Below are positions 48,016 to 59,558 of a stretch of DNA of 64,000 bases, one piece after another. Position numbers and translations under genes: made by a program. Location of the stretch: the NCBI GenBank assembly GCA_950097015.1, contig CATNEN010000007.1, forward strand, positions 8,060,001 to 8,124,000, in the 5' to 3' direction. The notes below the pieces were generated by a model that saw nothing but the letters and a program-made list of their open reading frames with translations, did not search any database and was not told the origin of the DNA. Source of the DNA: Macrostomum hystrix. Its lineage: Eukaryota > Animalia > Platyhelminthes. Position 1 is the stretch's first letter; each line of letters starts with the position of its first letter.

Positions 48016-48910
48016 GAGACTGGGAGGGAGAGGGTAGGAGTGGGAGAGAGAGGGTGAGACTGGGAGAGAGAGGGTGAGATTGGGAGAAGGTGGGAGAGAG
48101 AAGGTAAGAGTGGGAGAGAGAGGGTGAGATTGGGAGAAGGTGGGAGAGAGAAGGTAAGAGTGGGAGAGAGAGGGTGAGATTGGGAGAAGGTGGGAGAGAG
48201 AAGGTAAGAGTGGGAGAGAGAGGGTGAGATTGGGAGAAGGTGGGAGAGAGAAGGTAAGAGTGAGAGAGAGAGGGTGAGATTGGGAGAAGGTGGGAGAGAG
48301 AAGGTAAGAGTGGGAGAGAGAAGGTAAGAGTGGGAGAGAGAGGGTGAGATTGGGAGAAGGTGGGAGAGAGAAGGTAAGAGTGGGAGAGAGAAGGTAAGAT
48401 TGGGAGAGAGAAGGTAAGAGTGGGAGAGAGAGGGTGAGATTGGGAGAGAGAAGGTAAGAGTGGGAGAGAGAAGGTAAGAGTGGGAGAGAGAAGGTAAGAG
48501 TGGGAGAGAGAAGGTAAGAGTGGGAGAGAGAAGGTAAGAGTGGGAGAGAGAAGGTAAGAGTGGGAGAGAGAAGGTAAGAGTGGGAGAGAGAAGGTAAGAG
48601 TGGGAGAGAGAAGGTAAGAGTGGGAGAGAGAAGGTAAGAGTGGGAGAGAGAAGGTAAGAGTGGGAGAGAGAAGGTAAGAGTGGGAGAGAGAAGGTAAGAG
48701 TGGGAGAGAGAAGGTAAGAGTGGGAGAGAGAAGGTAAGAGTGGGAGAGAGAAGGTAAGAGTGGGAGAGAGAAGGTAAGAGTGGGAGAGAGAAGGTAAGAG
48801 TGGGAGAGAGAAGGTAAGAGTGGGGGAGAGAAGGTAAGAGTGGGAGAGAGAAGGTAAGAGTGGGAGAGAGAAGGTAAGAGTGGGAGAGAGAGTGATACTG
48901 GGAGAGAATG
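48016..48910. repeat. 20-bp purine-rich satellite (gtgggagagagaaggtaaga)n with 50-bp higher-order variant
   Basis: Tandem array. Confidence 0.96.
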
Positions 48911-49931
48911 AGAATAGGATATAGTGAGAGTGGGGGGAAGAGGGATACTTGACCAGGACATCCTCTGAAAGCCTAGCTGCACGCTCGCCACCGAATGCAC
49001 TAAATGAATCAGTTGAGCAAGAGTTGCGCAAGTGAAGATGAGAGCGCAATCGAAAGTGAGCTCAGCTAGTGAGGAGAATTAAGATGAGCATATTCGCCAG
49101 ACACTGGCAGAAAGGGACTAAACTGTAGTTTATCTAAACAGAGAATTTAGATAAGGTGTCATTGAGAAGCTCAGATAAACTAATTGTAAAATACACACAA
49201 CTTACCAACAATGGCTATCAGTTTCAGATCCTCGATTGATAACTGACGTATTAATTAACAAGTCGCCTCAACTGATAGGTATAGATATGGACTGCTGAAT
49301 GAGATACAACTTTGTGAGAATGGTTAGAGCGAGTTCAGAGGCTGATCAAGTATTTATACACAGCTGGGACTGGAGCACAGCGGGCAGCTTCACCTGAGCA
49401 ACAGGCGCGCAGCTCTGCTCAGCCAATGGTAGGCACGGATTTACCTAGGGGAAACTGTTGCCTGAAGACAAACAGGCGCAGCTTAGCCAACAGGTGACGG
49501 AGCCGACTGTGCGGACAACCTGGGACCACGGCACAGCGGGACTGCGGCCCAGCCAAGGCCATTGCTAGAATTGCGCTAAGCTGCTGCCCGCTGCGGAGCC
49601 ACAAAATTCGCAGTCTAATTATCGCACACCTACTGCGTAAGGTGTGGCCAACACAGATTTGCAGAAATCTTTGGCAACAGCTCGGCCGAAGACTTGTTAG
49701 ATTCGGCGGCTAGGATGCAGTCGCCGACCCGCTGTGAACGAAGCCATCGCTAATATCAACATTCGCTGCTCAGCGCGCGTGACATGCACAGGATTTGAGT
49801 TCGGGATAAACCTACCAACCGCTGGGTAGGTATAAACAAGGGATAAGCTGCTGCCAACGTGCATGCTTTACCGGTTTGATAGAGGCGGCCAGTTCAACTC
49901 GCATTTTTAGAACTAAACAGGAAAACATAGA

Positions 49932-50280
49932 ATTTGGAAGGCTGTTCTGAGGATTTGGAAGCTGTTCTGAGGATTTGGAAGCTGTTGCGAGGATCTGGAA
50001 GCTGTTGTGAGGATCTGGAAGCTGTTTTGAGGATCTGGAAGCTGTTGTGAGGATCTGGAAGCTGTTGTGAGGATCTGGAAGCTGTTGTGAGGATATGGAA
50101 GCTGTTATGAGGATCTGGGAGATTGGTGAGTGGGCTGTTGTGAGGATCTGGGAGATGGTGGGTGGGCTGTTATGAGGATCTGGGAGATGGTGGGTGGGCT
50201 GTTATGAGGATCTGGGAGATTGTTGGGTGGGCTGTTGTGAGGATCTGGGAGATGGTGGGTGGGCTGTTGTGAGGATCTGG
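49932..50280. repeat. 20-bp (gctgttgtgaggatctggaa)n grading into a ~31-bp unit
   Basis: Tandem array. Confidence 0.92.
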
Positions 50281-51571
50281 TATGTTGGTAAGTTGGTTAT
50301 TGTGAGACTTTGGGAGGTTGGTGTGCGGGTTTAATAGCGTGAGGATCAGGGAGGATATTAGTGGATTATTTGAAATAAATTAAAAAAGCAGAATCCTGTG
50401 AATCAGTTTGCAATTAAAGGCACAGAAATGGCACACGCATTGACAAACCCGACTTATAGCTGACCATTAAACAGTGAATAGATATATTTGCAGTTAAAAA
50501 AATCACCCAGTGTCCCACACAAAATGGCCACAGCATATGCAACAGCAGGTGCGTGAGCAGGTGTGTGTGAGAGTGTATATGGCTAAAAATCCAGTACCTT
50601 AAATTGTACAGCGGCCGGTGAAACTCAGAGCTTCAAATCGGTTGGTGACGCCGGGGCAAAAAATGGAATTCAGAAAAGAATGAAAAAAGTCAGCTAATAC
50701 AAAGAAGGCTTAAGGAAAATTAATTAGATAGTTATTAGCAATCGTGTTTTAGATGATTGGCTTACAACAGAATTTGAAATTCTAAACAATCAAATCGGTG
50801 TGAAATGGCAGAACTATTAAACAGAAGGCACAATAAATTACAGTTTTGCTGCGTTTTTAAAGTACTAAAATGTGTAACAACTATCAACAACGGACACGAG
50901 CATCTTGGAATAACTAGCCTTAGCAAACTAAATGCACCCACTATTTATTCAGCCTGTACTGGAGTGTGCCACGGGGTTCCACGTGTCCCGCTCTCTCCTT
51001 TGGCGAGTTAATTTCAGGCTCATACTACTGCTAGTAGAGCAGACGGCATGCGAATAGGTGCGATTGCTTCTGCTATAGTAATAAGTGTACTAATACGGGT
51101 AAGCATATGAATGATGGCCGAATAAGGTGAAACAGGTGACAGACAGATAATAAGAGCAGAACAGATAGTATTCAGCAGCGTTGGTTTATGCAAGAACCTC
51201 AATAATTAGCTAGTTAAAAGCTGCAAATTTTTATATAACGGCCTATAGATGCACATAAAGGCTTTAATAAGTACTCGTATTAAGCATGGATAATACAAAA
51301 AGAGAGAAAACAAGAAGCAAAACATTGAAACGAAGCGAAATAAACTTGAATACGCTAATGCTTTCTGCTAGAAACTAAAAATGTTTATAAAAACAATGAC
51401 CAGTTGAATAGATAAAAAATATCTGGTTAGTAGAGCACGCATTAATAACATCGAATAAAGTAAATCAAAAAGAGCTTCAAACAAAACAAAATTGGAATGA
51501 AATTTGAGCTCTGCTCGATCAGTAAGTCAAACAAGTTGAACTGCAGCATACTCCATAGCTTAACAGCAGAA

Positions 51572-51851
51572 CAGTTTGCTGAAGCCCCAATCCATCAAAT
51601 CCCAGTTTGCTGAAATCCCAATCCATCAAATCCCAGTTTGCTGAAACCCCAATCCATCAAATCCCAGTTTGCTGAAATCCCAATCCATCAAATCCCAGTT
51701 TGCTGAAATCCCAATCCATCAAATCCCAGTTTGCTGAAGCCCCAATCCATCAAATCCCAGTTTGCTGAAATCCCAATCCATCAAATCCCAGTTTGCTGAA
51801 ACCCCAATCCATCAAATCCCAGCTTGCTGAAATCCCAATCCATCAAACCCA
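51572..51851. repeat. 31-bp minisatellite (cagtttgctgaaatcccaatccatcaaatcc)n
   Basis: About 9 units. Confidence 0.95.
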
Positions 51852-52846
51852 AGTTCCCATCATAAAATGGGGATCATTGCAAACACATCAAACAGATATT
51901 ATCGTGAATAACTAGCAACGAGGCGTAGGGAATTTGGCTGCAAAGGTGCTGTGAGCGCAAATATGAAATGAAAACATGGAAGTAAAAAGAAGAAGTTAAA
52001 CAAATAACAGGCAAAAGAATGAAAAAAAAGTACGAGGCACTGTATTATCCTCTACCATCAAGTAGACAAATAAAGCATTGATCAATCATTATAGGAGGCA
52101 TTTAGTAAACAAAAATCTAATCTGAACTTCTGCATTCCATAACACACCAGTCTACGGTAAAACTTCGGTTCAGAAAAAAGGCAAAATGGTAAAAAAGTTT
52201 AATACAAAACAACTGCATAGCAGGTGCGGCAGTAGCCAACATTTGCTAGGCATCATCGGGAGCTGGTCTGTACAGGAGGCCAGCACAGCTTCGGGTTGCG
52301 CAACAATGACGCCGCGCGTAGTCACGCGGGCAGGAAATGAAAAAATGACGATGACACTGTACAATGTACAATGCGCTGCACATACTACTGGCGGCACCTG
52401 AGTAGAGTTTCAATCACGCGAAGAACCCAGTGCCGTGAACGTGGCTATACTTTCTCTGCTTTAATTTTGTTAAGCAGAATTAAACTAAAAAATTTACTTG
52501 CCTACTCATAGTAGGCTGGCAACCACCCTTTATGCAAAATATCAATCAAAAGCGACATGAGCAGCGGGCGGATCAGGGAAACGCAGAAAATGCTGACGAA
52601 AACGAATTGACTTTTTCTTACCAAATTTCTCTCTGATGTCTATGGGAATTCATTGTGCTAAAACAGAGCGGCTGCCAGACTAATTGAAATGTGAGCCGAA
52701 TGGAACAGCGAGGCGGGGCAGATGGCGCCAGAGCACAACTCAAATTCAAAAATCAGACCAAGATAAAAACTGTTGGCGAAGAAAACTAAAACAAAAAACC
52801 TGCTTCTAGAAGAGCAGAAAGAAATATAAAAAGGGAGAAAAGATAT

Positions 52847-54627
52847 TCAGCTGTGGGACGGGGAAACAGTTTTGCTCATGGGCGGCAGCTGATCTGAGCC
52901 AGTTGAGCCCGACGCTGCGACGCCAGACGGGGAAGGTGACGCTGACATTGCCGACGATGCGGACGAGACAGCCGGTGGTGGAGGCAGCTGCTGAACTGTT
53001 GAAGTGGCTGACGAAGCCGGCGGCAGAGATGCGGTCCCGAAGCGATTCAGCATGGCGTAGTGGCTGTTCTCCAGCCGGGTGATCAGCCGCTCGTCCTCCT
53101 GCCCGGCCTGACCGCCCATGAGGCCGGGCTCGCCCACCACCATCACCTCTCCCGGGTGCGCTGAATCTAGTGACATCGGCATTGGCGGAACCGCCGCTGC
53201 TGCTGCTGCAGCCACCGCAGCTGCCGACCCGGCATTCCGCTTGCGACCTCCACCACCGCGACCGCCGCCGGCGGGTTTGGCTTCGCCACCGCCAGTAGCA
53301 GAGTCGGCATTCTTTGGCCGCTTTCTCGACCTCGGCGTCGATGCTGACGTTGACTTGCCACGGCCGCCGCCGTGCAATTTTCCGCCTGAACCCGGCGCTG
53401 TGCCCGCAGTCACTGCGGCTGCTGCTGGCGCCACGGCCGGATGAACGATGACTCCGGGGACGTAGCCGGCATCGGGCGGGACGACTAGACCGCCGACGGG
53501 ACCGGAGCTGCCGACCATTCTCTGCCAGTGCTGATGGAGCATCTGAAAGTCATGGTAGAGTAGCAATTGAGCACTGAGAATTTGAGGCTAGCTGAACTAG
53601 GTGCGCAGAGGGTCAACCAACCTGCTTCAGGCATTCCCTGGGATCCATTGGCGTCTTGCTGCACTTCTGAATGGCCATCATGGACTGCATCGGCTCCAGC
53701 AGGGCGCTGATCTGGAACAGCTGCACCACCTGGCTAGGTAGGCCGGCCCTGCTAACGGGTTTGGACATAGACCAATGCGGCATGCATGGCCCGTTGCCAG
53801 CCTGATGAGGCCCGGGCGGCAGCTGGTGAAATTCGGGCGCGTGCAGCGCCTGACGCGGCATAAGTTCGTGATGATCACGAATCTCCATGCGCCACAGGCG
53901 AATGCGGGCCCGGTCGTTGCAGGCAAACTCCAACAGCAGGCGGGTGTCTGTGAACACCTGTACAGTGCGTGCACAATTTTAATAATGACAAGCATTTAAA
54001 CCGATAACCATTGATTGACAGCCGAAATAATATAAAATGCCAAATTGCTTCAGCGGCAATCCCCAAGTACAAGGCATACCTTGCACAGGCAGGGCTGATT
54101 TCGCACATAGCTGGTGACCAGCTCGGCAGCTTCGCAAGTCAGCACCAGCGTTGGCGGCAGATGCGGCGCTGGCGGCGGCGCCGACATCTCGCGGGGCGCC
54201 CTCAGCCAGAGATAGGCCTCTTCACAGGCGTCCATGAGGTGATGGAAGAAGCGGGGCACGAGCGCCCGGCCGATGCAGTAGGACCTCGGCCCGACATCTT
54301 CAAGCAGGCTCACCTGCAACTGGGCGTCATCCTCAAAGAATTCGTTGGCAAAGGCGTCCCACCACATCATGGGAGTGTCCCTAGGCCGCTGCGACAGGCG
54401 GTTATTGAGCTCGTGTATTCGCAGATCGCCGCTCATTAGTCCGGGTCCCATCGGTCCGTGCGGACCCAGCATGAACGCATGCGGCGGAGGAGGTGGTGGC
54501 GGAGGCGGCCGCATGCCTATGTGCTGATGGTGATGATGTAGATGCTGCCCAGGCTGCAGCACTGGATGGAGATGCAGATGCTGCGGTGGCGGCGGGCCGC
54601 CCCGCATGAAGTAGCCAGGATCCAGGG
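52847..54627 (-). CDS. LDB: LIM domain-binding protein (LDB1/LDB2/Chip family)
   Basis: Exons 54080-~54627 (in-frame ATG at 54607; an upstream exon is possible), 53622-53957 and 52847-53542. Dimerisation domain LRIHELNNRL...WWDAFANEFFEDDA...EDVGPRSYCIGRALVPRFF; LLEPMQSMM; NLS RKRPK; LID motif VMVVGEPGLMGG..GQEDERLITRLEN. Confidence 0.93.
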
Positions 54628-54970
54628 CTGCAAATGGCTAACTGGCCAGCGGCACTGCTCAAGTGTTGCTCCGCTGTGGGATTGTGAGTGTTGGCTACAA
54701 ATTCTGATTCGAAATCGAAATTTGATCTGATGACGATTTAAAGAGAAGCCAAATATAAAATAGGCTAGACTACACACTAAATACAGTAGGCCAGCGATGC
54801 TAGATACCACATATTAATAGTTAGTCTGATTTCTTATATCCAATTCAGATCCGATTAATTTGATTTTTAGGTACTGAACTACATTAGTAAAAAAGTATTA
54901 CCTTAAGTTCTTAAAGGGTATTGATATTAAAAATATCAATGCAAATTCCTTAGAGAGTTAGGCTCTAAGG

Positions 54971-55612
54971 CAGGGGTAGGCAAACTTATTTGCTGGCGGG
55001 CCAAAGAGAGAACCTAAAAGATGACAGCGGGCCGCATTGACTGTATAAATATGAGATATGGGAGAGATGAGACACAGAAAGATGAGACACGGGAGAGATA
55101 AGACAGGGGAGAGATTAGACACGGGAGAGATGAGACACGGGAGAGATGAGACACGGGAGAGATGAGACACAGGAGAGATTAGACACGGGAGAGATTAGAC
55201 ACGGGAGAGATTAGACACGGGAGAGATGAGACACAGGAGAGATTAGACACGGGAGAGATTAGACACGGGAGAGATGAGACACAGGAGAGATTAGACACGG
55301 GAGAGATTAGACACGGGAAAGATGAGACACAGAAGAGATTAGACACGGGAGAGATTAGACACAGGAGAGATGAGACACGGGAGAGATGAGACACAGGAGA
55401 GATGAGACACAGGAGAGATGAGACACGGGAGAGATGAGACACGGGAGAGATGAGACACATGAGAGATAAGACACGGGAGAGATGAGACACGAGAGAGATT
55501 AGACATGAGAGAGATGAAACAGGACACTGTAGATGTCAGAAGAGGCAACGGCCCAGATTTGGGAGCTTCGAGGGCCGCATCTGGCCAGCGGGCCAGAGTT
55601 TGCCAACCCCTG
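54971..55612. mobile_element. Non-autonomous hAT (Charlie-like) DNA transposon/MITE
   Basis: TIRs CAGGGGTAGGCAAACT / AGTTTGCCAACCCCTG (1 mismatch in 16). Exact 8-bp TSD CTCTAAGG at 54963-54970 and 55613-55620. Subterminal GCGGGCC motifs. Confidence 0.92.
55055..55522. repeat. 17-bp minisatellite (gagacacgggagagat[g/t])n inside the hAT MITE
   Basis: Tandem array between the TIRs. Confidence 0.95.
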
Positions 55613-58600
55613 CTCTAAGGCAACTTAAGGCAAGAAATGGCTAATGTATGATAGCTTTGGACTGTGTAGTTAGCTGGTTTATATATTTTTTTAGATTTGA
55701 AATATAAATTTTTGAGTTTTTCATTCATAGAATGACATTTGATTACTTATACATAGCTATGTTCTATAGGCATATCTGCAATATTCTTAAGACTTTACTG
55801 TCTCAATATAGAATCATTTAGCTTGTTCAGCTACCAGCCAACTAAAAGTGTATCATGGTATGAATCTGCAAGCCTGCACTATAAAACATCTGTCAAGGCG
55901 CTGGGGTTAGAAAATGCACCCAGCTCAGGAAAACAGCAGATTACTGGCACCAATAGCAGTTGGGCAAAAATGTTGCTGAATAAGTGCCTTGAGCTCTGTG
56001 GGAAGAAATCCCCACTGCATCTCCTGCCAATACTGCATAGTGTTGCAGATGCTAGATGACTTTGAGCACTTTCTCATCTGGCAATGTCTCTCCTGAGTAA
56101 TAATTTGTTGATATTTATATTTTTAGTTATTTTGTTAGTTTGTTATTTAGTTATTTTTAGTTTATACTTATTGATTGTATGAAAAATTCAACCATTATAC
56201 TGCATCATCTAAACTCTGAAGAGAAATGCAAAATGCAAGGCAAAATGATAATATGTTATACTTTTCATTTTAATTTTATTTGCTACTTAAAAACTTTCCA
56301 TTTTTCTTCTGTTGTCTTGCCTTAATAAACCATAATAAGTTAAATGGTTTTATTCTTGCTAAAATTGCTGAAAAAAAAGTAAAAAGAACTCACTATCTGG
56401 CAATGTTTCAGATTTCTGTGTTAAATAAATTTAACATGTGTTACACATTCCAGCTTTACTACCATGGCTGGAAGCACCAACTAAAATTGTACCCATCTTG
56501 CAAAAATAAAGCCCAGCATTGAACTCTGCGAGATCCAGCTCAACCATGGGGAATTGGTTCAGGCCATGCCTGATGGTCTTGTTGCAATGTGCTGGCTTGC
56601 AAAATACCATCTTGTGGGGCAACATGCTAGAGTGCAAAGCTTGCTGCTTGCATACTAACATGGGCCTACAGCAAAGTGTGGGACCTGACTATGTTCATGG
56701 CTAGTGCTGGTCTTCTAAGACTTGTAGACAGTACCAGTCTATTTGTCTAGGCTCCCTTTTAAATGGGAATCACCTGTCCCTGCAACAATTGGTAGACATA
56801 ATCTACTTCTGGTCAACCAATACCAAGCTACCTGACATAGCCACTACTATAAACTGTCTTGAAGAATCAATGCTCTCTTAAAAACACTGCTAACATAATT
56901 ATTTTAATACCAAGCAAGAAAAAACTGCTACAGCTTCTAGAGAAATATTAAACTATAGCTAGGTGTATTGTATTGCTAAAAGTAACAGGCCACATCACAA
57001 GCTTGATAGGCCTACTTAGCCTGAGGTAAGCTAAGTCATATGGCATTAGCAATTAAAGTTGTAATCAGCTACTTCTTCTAGGACTTTGCATATATTTGCA
57101 GTAAGATCCGCTTTTTACATTAAAAACAACTTGGCACTTAACATATTTTACAGAAAAAATTACAACGTAGTAATTAAGTAATAGTAATACTATGACAACA
57201 ACGCCAGCCATAAGGTCATACACAAGAAAGAATAAAACTGTTTCGTCTCTTCTTCTGGGTCGAAACGACATGCAATCATTCAATGAAAAATTAGCAAAAT
57301 AAAAGTCTTCATTTCTTTAAAAAACTTTTTTTAAAGATAAGTTTTACAAATGCTAAACGTATACATGTTTTTTATACATATGTAAGTAACGAGTTGTTAT
57401 ATTTTGCTACTTTCGTACATTTTTAATTTTCAAGTTTCTTTCAAGAATTACTGTTTCAATGGAAAGGGTTACTCTTTTAAATTCCATTGTCCACTGATTG
57501 TAGTTGCAGGATTCTGATTCTCATTAAATAATCAATCCCGATTGCGGGATTGAATGTGGTGATTTTGTTTGTCCTCTTAGTCGCGTAATCCCAATGAATA
57601 ATTGGGTCAGCACTCAGCATTCAGACATAAGAATAAGATAGCCAGTGCATATGGCTTATGCATCAGTCCCAACAATTCATTTATCTTAGGAATTTATTTT
57701 TATTTACACTGAATTCTCTCATCTCTGTGAATTTTGCTTATCGGACGCTTTCTTGTGCTCTATTTTAAGCTGGAACTGCCTTTTCAAGAATTAAACTGGC
57801 AGTTATCATTTATTAATATTCGAATTGTTCTTTTTTCTATGCATATTTTTATTTTATTTTTAGATTGTTTTATTGTTTCACTGAGATCTTTCGATAGCCA
57901 CTAAACATAAACCACATATGACCATATAAAGATTTTAAGTTATAAATTTCAGCAGTCTTGAAATTGAACTTGAACTTTTCAGCAGAGTCCCGGAATATAT
58001 GAGGTTGTATCATAAGGGTTTTTGCTTCTGTTTCGTGTTAGCTCGCATTGCATCTTGCAGTGTAAATAACATTTTTTAGTTTTGAAACTGAAAGCTATAA
58101 GCTAAAGAGTATAGCTACTCATAGAATGGCAAGAATGCTATACCTAATAAGCAAATAATAGGCATTAACTTAAAGGATTTTTTCTACAAATTTGTAAGTC
58201 ATGGATAAGTATGTAGCTTGCTATACTGTAGCTATATGAATTTAGACGCATATTGATAATATATTATTTGTGTATAGTTATGGTTATTCTAGCTAATTTA
58301 TATTATTTTTCTTAATCTTGCATTTTACAATTCTAGAAAAGACAAGAAAAGATCTAGAATCTTAAGATCTAAAGAAGTGTAGTGTCTCTAATATGGCATT
58401 GTTTTGGGTTTCCATCTTGATTTTTTTAAACAGATTATCAAGATTATCAGTCAACTAAGACAGAAGCAATGACTATTATGTCTAGCAAGTATTTCCAAGG
58501 GTAATTCAATAAACTTAACTATAGACCATGTGCCATAATCATGTGTTCAATGTCCAATTAACTTTTTTAGACAGCTGAAGCAACTAAGCAAGGCTTCAAA

Positions 58601-59558
58601 ATATAATCAAACATCACACAGGGTATTATTCAGCTATAAAGTTTGAAATTAATACCTATATAATTTCTGCTGTGCCTTGGCTCTTTTAAAAGTAAATTCA
58701 TAGTAAACTTGATGAATAGTGTATTATGTTATTAATGTATAATTTAGCTCAACTTCTAAATCAGGCTGTTCTAAATAGTTTTTTATAATCTATAGCCTTA
58801 TTTTTAGAGTAGCTAGTCAAAAGTTAAACAAATATAAAATAGTTAAAATAATCAAGCAGAACAGTAAAGTACTTTCCAATTGATGATATAGATAAATTGA
58901 TATTTTAAGAAAATGTAGTGCTATTTAAACTCCTACTGAATGTGTTTGCGTTGTGTGGCTTAGATCATGGCCTTGAAGGGAGCCAATATTCCTCAAACAC
59001 TATGTTGTGGGACTCTGGATTGCTAGTGTCTTGGAAATGCAACACATTGACTCAATTTTAGAAATCTACAGACCAGAATTGCTTACTGGCTGTTTCATTA
59101 AATTTTTATAAATAGCTTAAGTTCAATTTCAAATAGCTTTTTTGAATCTAGTTTAACTGCAGAATTTAATAAAGCATGGCAATTAAAATTCATAGTTTAA
59201 TACGAGTACTTGCCTGGCTATACCAAGCAAGTACACCTTATATGTACTATAGCTGAGTACTACATCTGATTATTATATAAGAATTTGGCTAAATTAGCCT
59301 ACAGATAATTTTGTGTCCTAGTATCACAGTAGCATGTTGCAGGATTTTGATTATGAAAACTGTTATTTGTTTGCATATCTTTCGAAGCAACTTACATTCT
59401 CTCTGTCCACTAAGATATGCATTCTCTGTGATTTTTCCAGTGCTATGGATGCCCTGATTGGCTGCAAAGTAATCACTTTGTACAGCTGCAACAGCTGACA
59501 CACTGCTCAGCACTAGTTAACTAGAATCGGAATTAGTTTAGGACTCAATCTACCCACG

